This document shows positions 46,256 to 55,529 of a stretch of DNA of 64,000 nucleotides, piece by piece. This DNA is from an uncultured Bacilli bacterium (lineage in GTDB: Bacteria; Bacillota_I; Bacilli_A; RF39; UBA660). The stretch is from positions 22,235-86,234 of the forward strand of contig CAKOSA010000001.1 of NCBI GenBank assembly GCA_934101865.1. The letters are read 5' to 3'. The notes under the pieces were generated by a model. That model was not told where the DNA came from and ran no database searches. It saw only the letters and a program-made list of their open reading frames with translations. Positions within the stretch are counted from its first letter, which is position 1; each line of letters starts with the position of its first letter. Position numbers and translations under genes: made by a program.

Positions 46256-48574
46256 ATGAATAATACCAATAATCAAAATCAGTTGGAGGAGCAAAGAGGA
46301 CTTTCTCCCAGCCAAAACATAGTAAAAGGGGACAAATACCGCTTTACCATATTAACTCCCAGACTAGTAAGGCTAGAATATAACAAGGACGGGCACTTTG
46401 TCGATAACCCATCCAGCCTTGCTATAAATAGAAATCTAGGCGTAAATAACTATAACGTTACCGAAAGCAATATACTTCTCGAAATAAAAACCCAGTATTT
46501 TACACTAACTTATGTAAAAAATAAACCATTCAAAGTAGGAAAAATAGCTGGTTCTTCAACCCTAAAAGTAGTTCTAAACGATACCGATAGAGAGTGGTAC
46601 TATGATCATCCCGAGGCCCGAAACTTCGGATCTTGCACTTATGCCCTTGAAAAAGACGGCCCCCTAAAACTAGATAAAGGCCTATATTCCCTCGACGGTT
46701 TTGCCAGTATTGACGACTCTAACACCCTAATTTTAGAAAACGGTTCCTATATCAAAAGACCCGAAGGAGGTACCGATATCTACCTCTTTATGTATAAACG
46801 CGATTTCGGATTATGCCTCGATGACTATTACCGTCTAACCGGCTATCCAGCCAATATTCCAAGATATGCACTCGGACCTTGGTGGTATAAAAACGATCGA
46901 TATACCGCCCCCAATATTGCTGATGTTGTCAAAAAATTCGGCGATGAAAAGCTCCCCGTTTCTGTATTTCTGTTAGGTGATAAGTGGCATACCACTCCAA
47001 ATAACTACCAAATAGATCCATCTATTTTAGGTAGTGGTATTGAGGTTGCAAAATATTTGAAACAAAACAATATAGCCCTCGGCCTTACCATAGATCCATC
47101 ACTTCCTATAACTCCCGAAGACCCAAATTACACTGAAATAAATAAATACATCCAATCATCCGGTCCAATCAACTTAACCCCAATGGATATGACCAAACTA
47201 ACCCTATACATAAACAATATCGTCTCTCCTCTCCAAAAAATAGGCACCAGTTTCTTCAATATCGATTACAATAATGAGAAAGATAAGAACACCCTTTGGC
47301 TCCTCGATCATTACCATTATCAAAAATCCGGCCTCATTCTAACCCGTAACGCCGGCATCGCTCCGCACCGCTATCCCATTACATACACAGGAAAAACCAA
47401 AATCAGCTGGAATACCCTAAGCATCCTCCCATATTACAATCTATCCTGTGCAAATATTGGACTTTCTTGGGTTGCTCACGCCATTGGCGGGTTTCATAAC
47501 GGGATTGAAAATCCCGAATTATACATAAGATATATTCAGTTCGGTGTATTCAGTCCCATCTTCCTTTTAGCAAGTGAAACTGGTAAGTACTACAAAAGAG
47601 AACCTTGGAAATGGAACAGCCTCATCCAAAGTGTTATAAAAAAATATATGATTCTAAGAAATAGCCTCGTTCCATATCTCTTTTCCGAAGGTCATAAATA
47701 CGTAACCAAAGGCATAACCCTAATTAAACCCCTTTACTATGAAAATCCCAAAATTTATGACGAGCCCAATTACAAATCCCAGTACTATTTCACCGACCAA
47801 ATCCTCGTCTCTCCCATAACTAAAAAGAAAAATCCCATTATGAATAGGGTAGTGCAAAAACTATATATACCAAATGGACTATGGTACGACTTTTTTACCG
47901 GTAAAAAATACCACGGCGACAAATATTATAGCAGTTTCTATAAAGATGAAGATTATCCCGTTTTCTGCAAGGCCGGTACCATTCTGCCCCTGTCCCTAGA
48001 TAACACCACCGACCTTCCCCAAAATATGGAAATAACCATTTTCCCAGGAGCCTCAAACACTTACGAACTATACGAAGAAGTAGAAGGCCGCCATCTCATC
48101 ACTCTCATCGCCTATACCTACGAAAAAGACAAATACACCCTTACTCTAAGTCCCAAAGAAGGAATGCCCGCCATCATCGGCAAAAGAAATTATACCCTTC
48201 GTTTCAAAAACGTAAAACTAACCACTGGCATCACCGTAACATCCTCAGGTGCATCCATAGAATTTACTCCCGAAGCCGACCACAACGACTTACTCATAAA
48301 AGTAAAGGAAATTGCCGGAACATCCATATTAAATGTCGCTATCGCGGGTGAAAACATCGAAATAACAACCGAAAGAGTAATAAATGAAGAAATCGAAAGC
48401 ATTCTCGAAGATTTGGAAATAGAAACAAGCCTTAAAGAAGAAATAGACAGCATCATATTTAGCAACCTTTCCATAAAAAAGAAACGAATAGCCATCCGCA
48501 AACTAAAAAGAAAAGGCCTTGAAAGCAAGTTCATAACAATGTTTATAAGCCTTCTTGAATATATCGAAGAATAG
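46256..48574 (+). CDS. Glycoside hydrolase family 31-like protein; catalytic motifs appear non-canonical
   Basis: N-terminal GH31-type domain (KYRFTILTPRLVRLEY). A central (beta/alpha)8-like region with FFNIDYNNE where GH31 has (W)xDMNE. The acid/base region reads YTGKT where WxGDN is expected. Start chosen as the ATG at 46256, which follows AGGTGA. Confidence 0.5.
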   Translation: MNNTNNQNQLEEQRGLSPSQNIVKGDKYRFTILTPRLVRLEYNKDGHFVDNPSSLAINRNLGVNNYNVTESNILLEIKTQYFTLTYVKNKPFKVGKIAGSSTLKVVLNDTDREWYYDHPEARNFGSCTYALEKDGPLKLDKGLYSLDGFASIDDSNTLILENGSYIKRPEGGTDIYLFMYKRDFGLCLDDYYRLTGYPANIPRYALGPWWYKNDRYTAPNIADVVKKFGDEKLPVSVFLLGDKWHTTPNNYQIDPSILGSGIEVAKYLKQNNIALGLTIDPSLPITPEDPNYTEINKYIQSSGPINLTPMDMTKLTLYINNIVSPLQKIGTSFFNIDYNNEKDKNTLWLLDHYHYQKSGLILTRNAGIAPHRYPITYTGKTKISWNTLSILPYYNLSCANIGLSWVAHAIGGFHNGIENPELYIRYIQFGVFSPIFLLASETGKYYKREPWKWNSLIQSVIKKYMILRNSLVPYLFSEGHKYVTKGITLIKPLYYENPKIYDEPNYKSQYYFTDQILVSPITKKKNPIMNRVVQKLYIPNGLWYDFFTGKKYHGDKYYSSFYKDEDYPVFCKAGTILPLSLDNTTDLPQNMEITIFPGASNTYELYEEVEGRHLITLIAYTYEKDKYTLTLSPKEGMPAIIGKRNYTLRFKNVKLTTGITVTSSGASIEFTPEADHNDLLIKVKEIAGTSILNVAIAGENIEITTERVINEEIESILEDLEIETSLKEEIDSIIFSNLSIKKKRIAIRKLKRKGLESKFITMFISLLEYIEE

Positions 48575-48638
48575 CCCTTGCCATTAAGGCTTTTTTCCTC
48601 TATAATAATATAGAAAGCAAAAATGAGGAAGTGATACA

Positions 48639-49268
48639 ATGAATTTTACCTACAATAACAGTACCTACCCCGTTAAGGTAACCAAAAAAAACAACAAAAA
48701 CACCTACCTAAGATACACAAATGGCACCATAAACGTCACTTGTCCCCCTTATGTAACCACCCGAGAAATAGAAAAAATAATCAAAAATAACGAAAAAACG
48801 ATAATAAAGTGGATCGAAAAAGAGGCCCAAACCACTCCCGAGGATGGCACCATAACCATTTTCGGTAAAAAATATGAAGTCGTAATCGAAAAGTTTCACA
48901 AGTTCTCTATCGAGAGCCATAAAATATACACATCAAGTGAAAAAGAACTTACCAAATACCTAGATAATTACCTCAAAATCACTTTCCAAAATCACCTAGA
49001 TTACTGGTATAATAAATATGAGGAAAAAATACCCATTCCCAATTTAAAAATAAGGAAAATGAAATCAAGATGGGGAGTGTGCAATATAAAAAACAATAAC
49101 GTGACCCTAAATAGTGAGCTAATAAAATACGATATAGAGTGTTTAGACTATGTCATAATTCACGAATTAAGCCACTTCATACACTTCAATCATTCCAAAG
49201 AATTCTGGGCTCAGGTAGCAAAATATTGCTCAAACTATAAGAAAATCCGCCAAAATTTACGAAATTAG
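48639..49268 (+). CDS. YgjP-like (DUF45/M48-like, WLM-type) zinc metallopeptidase
   Basis: C-terminal SRWGVCN...YVIIHELSHFIHFNHSKEFW HExxH motif, characteristic of the YgjP/DUF45 family. Confidence 0.75.
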   Translation: MNFTYNNSTYPVKVTKKNNKNTYLRYTNGTINVTCPPYVTTREIEKIIKNNEKTIIKWIEKEAQTTPEDGTITIFGKKYEVVIEKFHKFSIESHKIYTSSEKELTKYLDNYLKITFQNHLDYWYNKYEEKIPIPNLKIRKMKSRWGVCNIKNNNVTLNSELIKYDIECLDYVIIHELSHFIHFNHSKEFWAQVAKYCSNYKKIRQNLRN

Positions 49269-49349
49269 CGAAAAAAGTAAAAAAATGTTTGCTTTTTCTC
49301 TTTTTTTGTGCTATTATAGAAATCGTTAAACTTTTAAGGGGGAATTATT

Positions 49350-50645
49350 ATGAAAAAAACATTAATGAAATTATTCACAATGTGTCTTGCATTCTTAACA
49401 GTTGCACCAAGCATAAGTGCAGCCACAAACGTGCCAAGCACAATCACCGTACAGGAACAACAAAGAACCAGTGCCTATTTAACAGGTGGACAAGGAACAG
49501 GCGTATTATATAGGAAAGCAACTAACGGAAATATCATTTACTGTATGACTTATGAAAGAACATCACCAGAAAACGGTATGAGCTTTAAATTAGGAAGTGA
49601 GTTAGATGCAGGTCTAACATACTTACTAGCAAACGGATATCCAAACAAATCATTTACAGGCGATAATATGAAAGATTACTATATTACCCAAATGGCAATT
49701 TGGATATACCAAAGTGATAGCGGTCATCAAATATCAAATCTAGCAACCAAAGTAAAAAACGGAACCTATACAGGAGATGCAACCGGAACAGCAATGGCCA
49801 AACAAATTATGAACTTATATAATGCCGCTGTCAAAGCCAAAAGTGATGGATATGTAAAACCAAGTTTTAGTGCTAATACAAAGAATTTAACCCTAACACT
49901 TGACGGAGATTACTATGTATCTGAATTAGTGAAAGTAACAAGTTCAAATACAACAAGTACATTTACAGTAACTACAAATGATGCTCCCGACGGAACAATA
50001 ATAACAAGTTCTAACGGAACAAAAACCAATAGCATTGCCGTAACAGATGGCTTCTATGTAAAAGTACCAGCATCAAGTGTAAAAGGAAAAACCATAAGCT
50101 TCGGTTTATCATTAGCTACAACAGGTGTAGTAAACAAAGCATATCTATACCTATCAGGAAACTCATATCAAGATATGTCTGAGGCAGCAATATATCCAGA
50201 GAATACACCACTTTCAGATAGCATTACTGCAACAGCATCATCAAACGTAATCAAAATATCAAAACAAGATATAACAAGCAAAGAAGAACTAGCGGGGGCA
50301 ACACTAATCGTAAAAGATGAAAACGGAAATGAAATAGACAAATGGGTAAGTGGAAATGAACCACATTACATCTATAACTTAAAAGATGGAACATATACCC
50401 TAACAGAAATTCAGGCTCCCGAGGGATATAAACTATCAACGGAAACAATAACCTTTGAAGTAAAAGACGGAAAAGTAACCGAAAACATAGTAATGTTCAA
50501 TGAAAAGAAACCAGTAGAAACACCAGAAGAAGTAATTGAAGTAAAGAAAACAGATTCAAGTGCCACTTTATTCTATACAGTATGCTCTTTAGTAGTTTTA
50601 GCGGGAATAGCACTAGTATACAGATATAAAAATGCACAAAGATAA
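49350..50645 (+). CDS. Surface adhesin with an N-terminal thioester (TQxA) domain and a CnaB-type isopeptide domain; C-terminal hydrophobic anchor with a non-LPXTG motif
   Basis: Signal peptide. Cys in IIYCMTYE and TQMAIW (a TQxA(I/V)W thioester-domain signature). CnaB-like ATLIVKDENGNEI...DGTYTLTEIQAPEGYKL. C-terminus ...EVKKTDSSA + TLFYTVCSLVVLAGIALV + YRYKNAQR. Confidence 0.75.
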   Translation: MKKTLMKLFTMCLAFLTVAPSISAATNVPSTITVQEQQRTSAYLTGGQGTGVLYRKATNGNIIYCMTYERTSPENGMSFKLGSELDAGLTYLLANGYPNKSFTGDNMKDYYITQMAIWIYQSDSGHQISNLATKVKNGTYTGDATGTAMAKQIMNLYNAAVKAKSDGYVKPSFSANTKNLTLTLDGDYYVSELVKVTSSNTTSTFTVTTNDAPDGTIITSSNGTKTNSIAVTDGFYVKVPASSVKGKTISFGLSLATTGVVNKAYLYLSGNSYQDMSEAAIYPENTPLSDSITATASSNVIKISKQDITSKEELAGATLIVKDENGNEIDKWVSGNEPHYIYNLKDGTYTLTEIQAPEGYKLSTETITFEVKDGKVTENIVMFNEKKPVETPEEVIEVKKTDSSATLFYTVCSLVVLAGIALVYRYKNAQR

Positions 50646-51267
50646 AATAATAGCACTACTAGGAGTTCTCCTTACTGTTGGAGGACTCTTCCTCATATCA
50701 AACCACTATTTAAACGAAAAAATAGATATTGCGTATGATATGAAAAACCAAAAATTATTTCAAAACGGTGAAACTACCGAAGAAAACCAAGAAGAAGAAA
50801 AAGTGGAAAGAGATGCAGGAGCAGGTATTGCAACTGCCAAAAAAGAAGAACCAAAATATTACTATATAGGTTACTTAGAAATACCAAGAATATCATTCTA
50901 TCGTGGGTTTGTAGACCCAAATACTAAGGGAAATGATATAAGTGTTAACATTGAAATAAATAAAGCCTCATCATTTCCAGATGTTAGTGGCGGAAACTTC
51001 ATAATATCCGCTCACTCAGGAACAAGCTATAATGCTTACTTCCGTAATTTATATAAACTAGAAGAAGGCGACACAACCTATGTCTATTATAATAATATAA
51101 AATATACATATATAATAGACAATATATATAACGTACCAAAAGTAGGGAAAGCAACTATATACAGAGATACTAGTAAAAATACCCTAACGCTTATAACCTG
51201 TACTTATGGTGATGAAACATCACAAACAATATATATTGCTTACTTAGATAAAACAGAATCATATTAG
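50632..51267 (+). CDS. Sortase (class B-like transpeptidase)
   Basis: N-terminal TM anchor, catalytic His in IISAHSG, TLITC Cys motif, and a downstream Arg (TIYRD). Overlaps the adhesin gene by 14 nt. Confidence 0.8.
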   Translation: MHKDKIIALLGVLLTVGGLFLISNHYLNEKIDIAYDMKNQKLFQNGETTEENQEEEKVERDAGAGIATAKKEEPKYYYIGYLEIPRISFYRGFVDPNTKGNDISVNIEINKASSFPDVSGGNFIISAHSGTSYNAYFRNLYKLEEGDTTYVYYNNIKYTYIIDNIYNVPKVGKATIYRDTSKNTLTLITCTYGDETSQTIYIAYLDKTESY

Positions 51268-51283
51268 AAAAGGGGGGAGAAAT

Positions 51284-52180
51284 ATGACAAGAACAAGCAT
51301 AATAGAAAAATTAAATTTAGTTAAAGATATGATAGCAGGACAAAAAGAGTTAATATTAGTATTTGCATTTTTTATGATATTAGGTATTCTATTATTTGCC
51401 TTTTCCAAAAAAAACAAATCCAAATACCTAAAAACATTCATTATTTCTTATATCCTCATACTAATAGCTCTTATAGCAGGCTATAATGTAAGTCTTTATA
51501 AATTAGTAGACTACTTTATAAATAACGTATTTTATCTACTAGTATTTCCAAACATTGCCGTATATGCTGGTATGATAATAACAAGTAATATTCTCCTTTT
51601 AACAGGATTATTAAAAGAAAAAACACCTAAATTAGTAAAAATAATTAATGTAATATTTTATAGTGTAATAGGATATATGACCTTCTTAACCCTAGATGTA
51701 ATAACAAAAGACAAAATAGATGTATATTCAGAATTAGATGTATATTCAAATGAAACCCTTTTTGCTCTATTACAAATAAGTATGATAATATTCATAACTT
51801 GGATAGTAGTAAGAATAATAATAAAAGCCGTAACTAAGTTTGGTAAAAAAGAAGTAGTGGAAAGTACTGTTCCTGTAATAGAAAATACTTCTCTCGTAGA
51901 AAAATTTGTAAATAACGCCGAAGAAGTACCAACTCCAGTTATGAATTTAGAAACTAGTAATTCCGAAAACACAGTGTATAATAATATTACTAATAATACA
52001 AATAATATAGCACCTCATAGTTCTAATCTAATAAACGAATTACCAACATACAAATATGAAGCTGTCCCAAACAATTCTTTACATAAAAGTAACAATATAG
52101 AGATATCATTCACTAAGGAAGAGTGGATGGGACTAAATGATATATTAAAGAGAGAACAAAACCGTAGTAACAATGGTTAG
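51284..52180 (+). CDS. Hypothetical polytopic membrane protein with an Asn-rich C-terminal tail
   Basis: Five or six TM helices and no known motif. Immediately downstream of the sortase gene. Confidence 0.4.
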   Translation: MTRTSIIEKLNLVKDMIAGQKELILVFAFFMILGILLFAFSKKNKSKYLKTFIISYILILIALIAGYNVSLYKLVDYFINNVFYLLVFPNIAVYAGMIITSNILLLTGLLKEKTPKLVKIINVIFYSVIGYMTFLTLDVITKDKIDVYSELDVYSNETLFALLQISMIIFITWIVVRIIIKAVTKFGKKEVVESTVPVIENTSLVEKFVNNAEEVPTPVMNLETSNSENTVYNNITNNTNNIAPHSSNLINELPTYKYEAVPNNSLHKSNNIEISFTKEEWMGLNDILKREQNRSNNG

Positions 52181-52284
52181 TTCTTTTTTTGTCCCCGTAG
52201 GATAAAATTTTTCTTTCCTTAACTCTTTATTTTTAAGTCAATATCTGCTATAATATATGAAAAAGAAAGGAAGAAAAATGCCCA

Positions 52285-54822
52285 ATGAAATTAAGTGAAG
52301 TAGACATAAATAAAGTCTCCCCAATGATGAGACACTATATAGAATTAAAACAAGAATACAAAGATGAAGTACTTTTTTATAGATTAGGAGATTTCTATGA
52401 GATGTTTTTTGAAGATGCCGAGGAAGTGTCTCACGCTCTTGAATTAACCCTAACTGGAAGAAATGCTGGATTAGATGAAAGAGTACCAATGTGTGGCATT
52501 CCTTATCACGCCAAAGATATATACATAGATAGATTAGTAAAACTAGGATATAAAATAGCAATCTGTGAGCAAGTAGAGGACCCTAAAAGTGCCAAAGGAA
52601 TAGTAAAAAGAGAAGTAACCGAAGTAATAAGTAGGGGAACTATAACAGACTCATCTAGTTTAAATGAAAAAGAGAACAATTATATAGGAAGTATTATAAC
52701 CACCAATAATAACTATATTTTAACATATAGCGATATAACAACAGGAGAACTCTATACTAAAACCATTTTAAAAGATAGCGAGAAACTATTAAGTGAAGTT
52801 CAATTTTTAGACCTCGAAGAAATAATATTAGATACCAAAGTAGAAAGCACTGTGAAAGCCAATCTAAAAGAAGTTCAAAAGTTAACCGTAACTGTTTTAG
52901 ATAACATTTATGAAAAAGAAGACTATAATTATCTATTTCAAAATATAGAAAATAAAGAAATAATTACCTCCATAAAACATCTATTATATTACTTAGTTGT
53001 AGTAGGAAAACGAAACCTAGCCCATCTAAGACTACCCAAAATAATAGAGGCATCTTCTAGTCTAAAAATGGATATTCATACTAAGAGAAATCTTGAACTA
53101 ACCGAAAATCTTAGATTAAAAGAAAAAACCTACTCATTACTTTGGCTCTTAGATAATACCAAAACCGCAATGGGAAGTAGAATGCTAAAAAAATATATTG
53201 AAGCCCCCCTTGTAGATATAGATAAAATAAATGAAAGATATAATGTTGTAAGTACTCTAATGACGGAGTTTTTAATAAGTGAAGAATTAAGAGAATACCT
53301 ATATAAAGTATATGACTTAGAACGCTTATCAGGAAAAATAGCCCTTGAAACTGCCAACGGAAAAGACCTAATTCAATTAAGAAATTCCCTAAGTATTCTT
53401 CCCCAAATAAATAGTCTTTTAAAAGAATTAAATTATCAAACCCTTCCCGATTTAGAAGAATTATACAATCTATTAAATACTTCCATATATGAAGAACCAC
53501 CAACCACAATAAAAGAAGGATACCTAATAAAAGAAGGCTATAATCAAGAACTAGATGAATTAAAAAGCCTTCGCAATGGTGGAAAAGATTTCATTGCCTC
53601 TTTTGAAACCTCTGAAAGAGAAAAAACAGGCATAAAAAATCTCAAAGTAGGTTATAATAAAGTTTTTGGCTATTACATAGAAGTATCCAAAGCAAATACA
53701 TCCCTAGTAAAAGAAGAATATGGCTATGTAAGAAAACAAACTTTGGCTAACTGCGAAAGATACATAAACAATACTCTCAAAGAAAAAGAAGCCCTTGTCC
53801 TTTCCGCGGAAGAAAAAATAATAACCCTAGAATATGAACTATTCACCAAAATAAGAAAACAATGTGCAAGTTACATAAAATCTCTCCAAGAAGCATCACA
53901 AATAATAAGTGAAATAGACGTTTTACAAAGCTTCGCCAAAGTAAGTGAAAAGTACGGTTATGTAAGACCAACTCTAACCAAGGACCACATAATAAATATA
54001 AAATCATCCCGTCATCCCGTTGTTGAACGCGTAATCAAAGACCAGTACGTAGATAACGATATCCTAATGAATAAAGACACAAATATAATACTAATAACAG
54101 GACCAAATATGGCTGGAAAAAGTACCTATATGAGACAATTAGGAATAATAGTCATAATGGCCCAAATAGGATGTTTCATTCCAGCCAAAGAAGCAACACT
54201 ACCTATCTTTGACCAAATATTTACTCGCATAGGAGCTTCTGATGACTTAGTAAGTGGCCAGTCAACCTTTATGGTCGAAATGCTAGAATCTGCCAATGCT
54301 ATCACCAATGCTACTCAAAACAGCCTTATACTATTCGATGAATTAGGTCGTGGAACAGCAACCTTTGACGGAATGAGCCTTGCCCAATCAATTCTCGAAT
54401 ACATTTCCAAAAAAGTAAGATGCAAGACAATGTTCTCAACCCATTATCACGAATTAACAGACCTCGAAGAGAATCTACCCGATTTAAAAAACTATCACGT
54501 ATCTTGCAGTGAAAAAGACGGCAATCTAACCTTTCTCCATAAAGTCAAAAAAGGCTGTGTCGATAAAAGTTACGGTATAAACGTTGCCCGTCTCGCCGGA
54601 TTGCCTCCCGAAGTAATAGAACGTGCTGACGAAATACTAAAAATCTATGAAACCAAAGAAGAAGGCCGTGATGTAATCATTCAAACAACCCTTCCCCTTG
54701 ATTTCAAAGAAGAAAAAAATGATATTGAAGAAAAAATCAAGACCCTAAACATTCTCGATATGACCCCAATGCAGGCCCTAAATACCCTCTACGAACTACG
54801 CGAGGAGGTCATTAAAAAATGA
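52285..54822 (+). CDS. mutS: DNA mismatch repair protein MutS; mutL not adjacent
   Basis: N-terminal mismatch-binding domain (TPMMRHYIELK, GDFYEMF), Walker A GPNMAGKSTYMRQ, TFMVEM, DELGRGT and the C-terminal dimerisation region. 845 aa. Confidence 0.95.
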   Translation: MKLSEVDINKVSPMMRHYIELKQEYKDEVLFYRLGDFYEMFFEDAEEVSHALELTLTGRNAGLDERVPMCGIPYHAKDIYIDRLVKLGYKIAICEQVEDPKSAKGIVKREVTEVISRGTITDSSSLNEKENNYIGSIITTNNNYILTYSDITTGELYTKTILKDSEKLLSEVQFLDLEEIILDTKVESTVKANLKEVQKLTVTVLDNIYEKEDYNYLFQNIENKEIITSIKHLLYYLVVVGKRNLAHLRLPKIIEASSSLKMDIHTKRNLELTENLRLKEKTYSLLWLLDNTKTAMGSRMLKKYIEAPLVDIDKINERYNVVSTLMTEFLISEELREYLYKVYDLERLSGKIALETANGKDLIQLRNSLSILPQINSLLKELNYQTLPDLEELYNLLNTSIYEEPPTTIKEGYLIKEGYNQELDELKSLRNGGKDFIASFETSEREKTGIKNLKVGYNKVFGYYIEVSKANTSLVKEEYGYVRKQTLANCERYINNTLKEKEALVLSAEEKIITLEYELFTKIRKQCASYIKSLQEASQIISEIDVLQSFAKVSEKYGYVRPTLTKDHIINIKSSRHPVVERVIKDQYVDNDILMNKDTNIILITGPNMAGKSTYMRQLGIIVIMAQIGCFIPAKEATLPIFDQIFTRIGASDDLVSGQSTFMVEMLESANAITNATQNSLILFDELGRGTATFDGMSLAQSILEYISKKVRCKTMFSTHYHELTDLEENLPDLKNYHVSCSEKDGNLTFLHKVKKGCVDKSYGINVARLAGLPPEVIERADEILKIYETKEEGRDVIIQTTLPLDFKEEKNDIEEKIKTLNILDMTPMQALNTLYELREEVIKK

Positions 54823-55529
54823 AAGCCCTAATAACCGGAATAACATCTGACCTTGGCCTTGCCTTTGCCAGAAAACTAGTCGGGGAAGGTTACACTATCG
54901 TGGGCACGTACCATAGTAACCAAAACAAAGCCCTTACTATAAAAGAAGAATTAAAAGATAAAGTAGAAATATATAAAGTAGATTTAACCAACGAAGAAGA
55001 AATTAAAAATTTATGTGCGACCATAGATACCATAGATGTACTAATAAATAATGCCTGTACATATCACGACTGCTGTCTAGAAGAAAAAACCAAAGCCGAT
55101 TTTATAGATACACTAGATGTAAATCTCATAGCCCCCTTCCTATTAATAAAATACCTTTCCCCAAATATGAAAAAAGGCCATATCATAAACATATCATCAA
55201 CCGATGCCATAAATACATATAACGAAATAAATTTCGATTATGCCTGTTCCAAGGCCGGACTAATAACCCTAACCAAAGCCCTTAGTCAAAGTTTGCCTAA
55301 TATAAAATTATATACTATAACGCCCAATTGGATAAATACCCAAACAACCAAAGAATTATCACCATTATACCTTGAAGAAGAACTAAAAAAATCCGGTCAA
55401 ACCAGACTAATAGAACCCGAAGAACTATCACAAATCCTATATAACCTAATAAAAGAAAATAACATAAAATCAGGAACCAATATAATAGTAGATATAAAAA
55501 ATAATAAATTGGAGGTCAAATATGAATAA
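54819..55529 (+). CDS. Short-chain dehydrogenase/reductase (SDR) family oxidoreductase
   Basis: N-terminal TGITSDLG Rossmann motif, NNA, and YxxxK (YACSK). 236 aa. Confidence 0.7.
   Translation: MKALITGITSDLGLAFARKLVGEGYTIVGTYHSNQNKALTIKEELKDKVEIYKVDLTNEEEIKNLCATIDTIDVLINNACTYHDCCLEEKTKADFIDTLDVNLIAPFLLIKYLSPNMKKGHIINISSTDAINTYNEINFDYACSKAGLITLTKALSQSLPNIKLYTITPNWINTQTTKELSPLYLEEELKKSGQTRLIEPEELSQILYNLIKENNIKSGTNIIVDIKNNKLEVKYE

Noticed and set aside
48575-48640. Possible terminator after the GH31-like gene (GCCCTTGCCATTAAGGC + TTTTTT)
   Set aside because: The stem has two or three mismatches out of seven pairs. The T-run is present but the hairpin is weak, so I did not list it as a feature.
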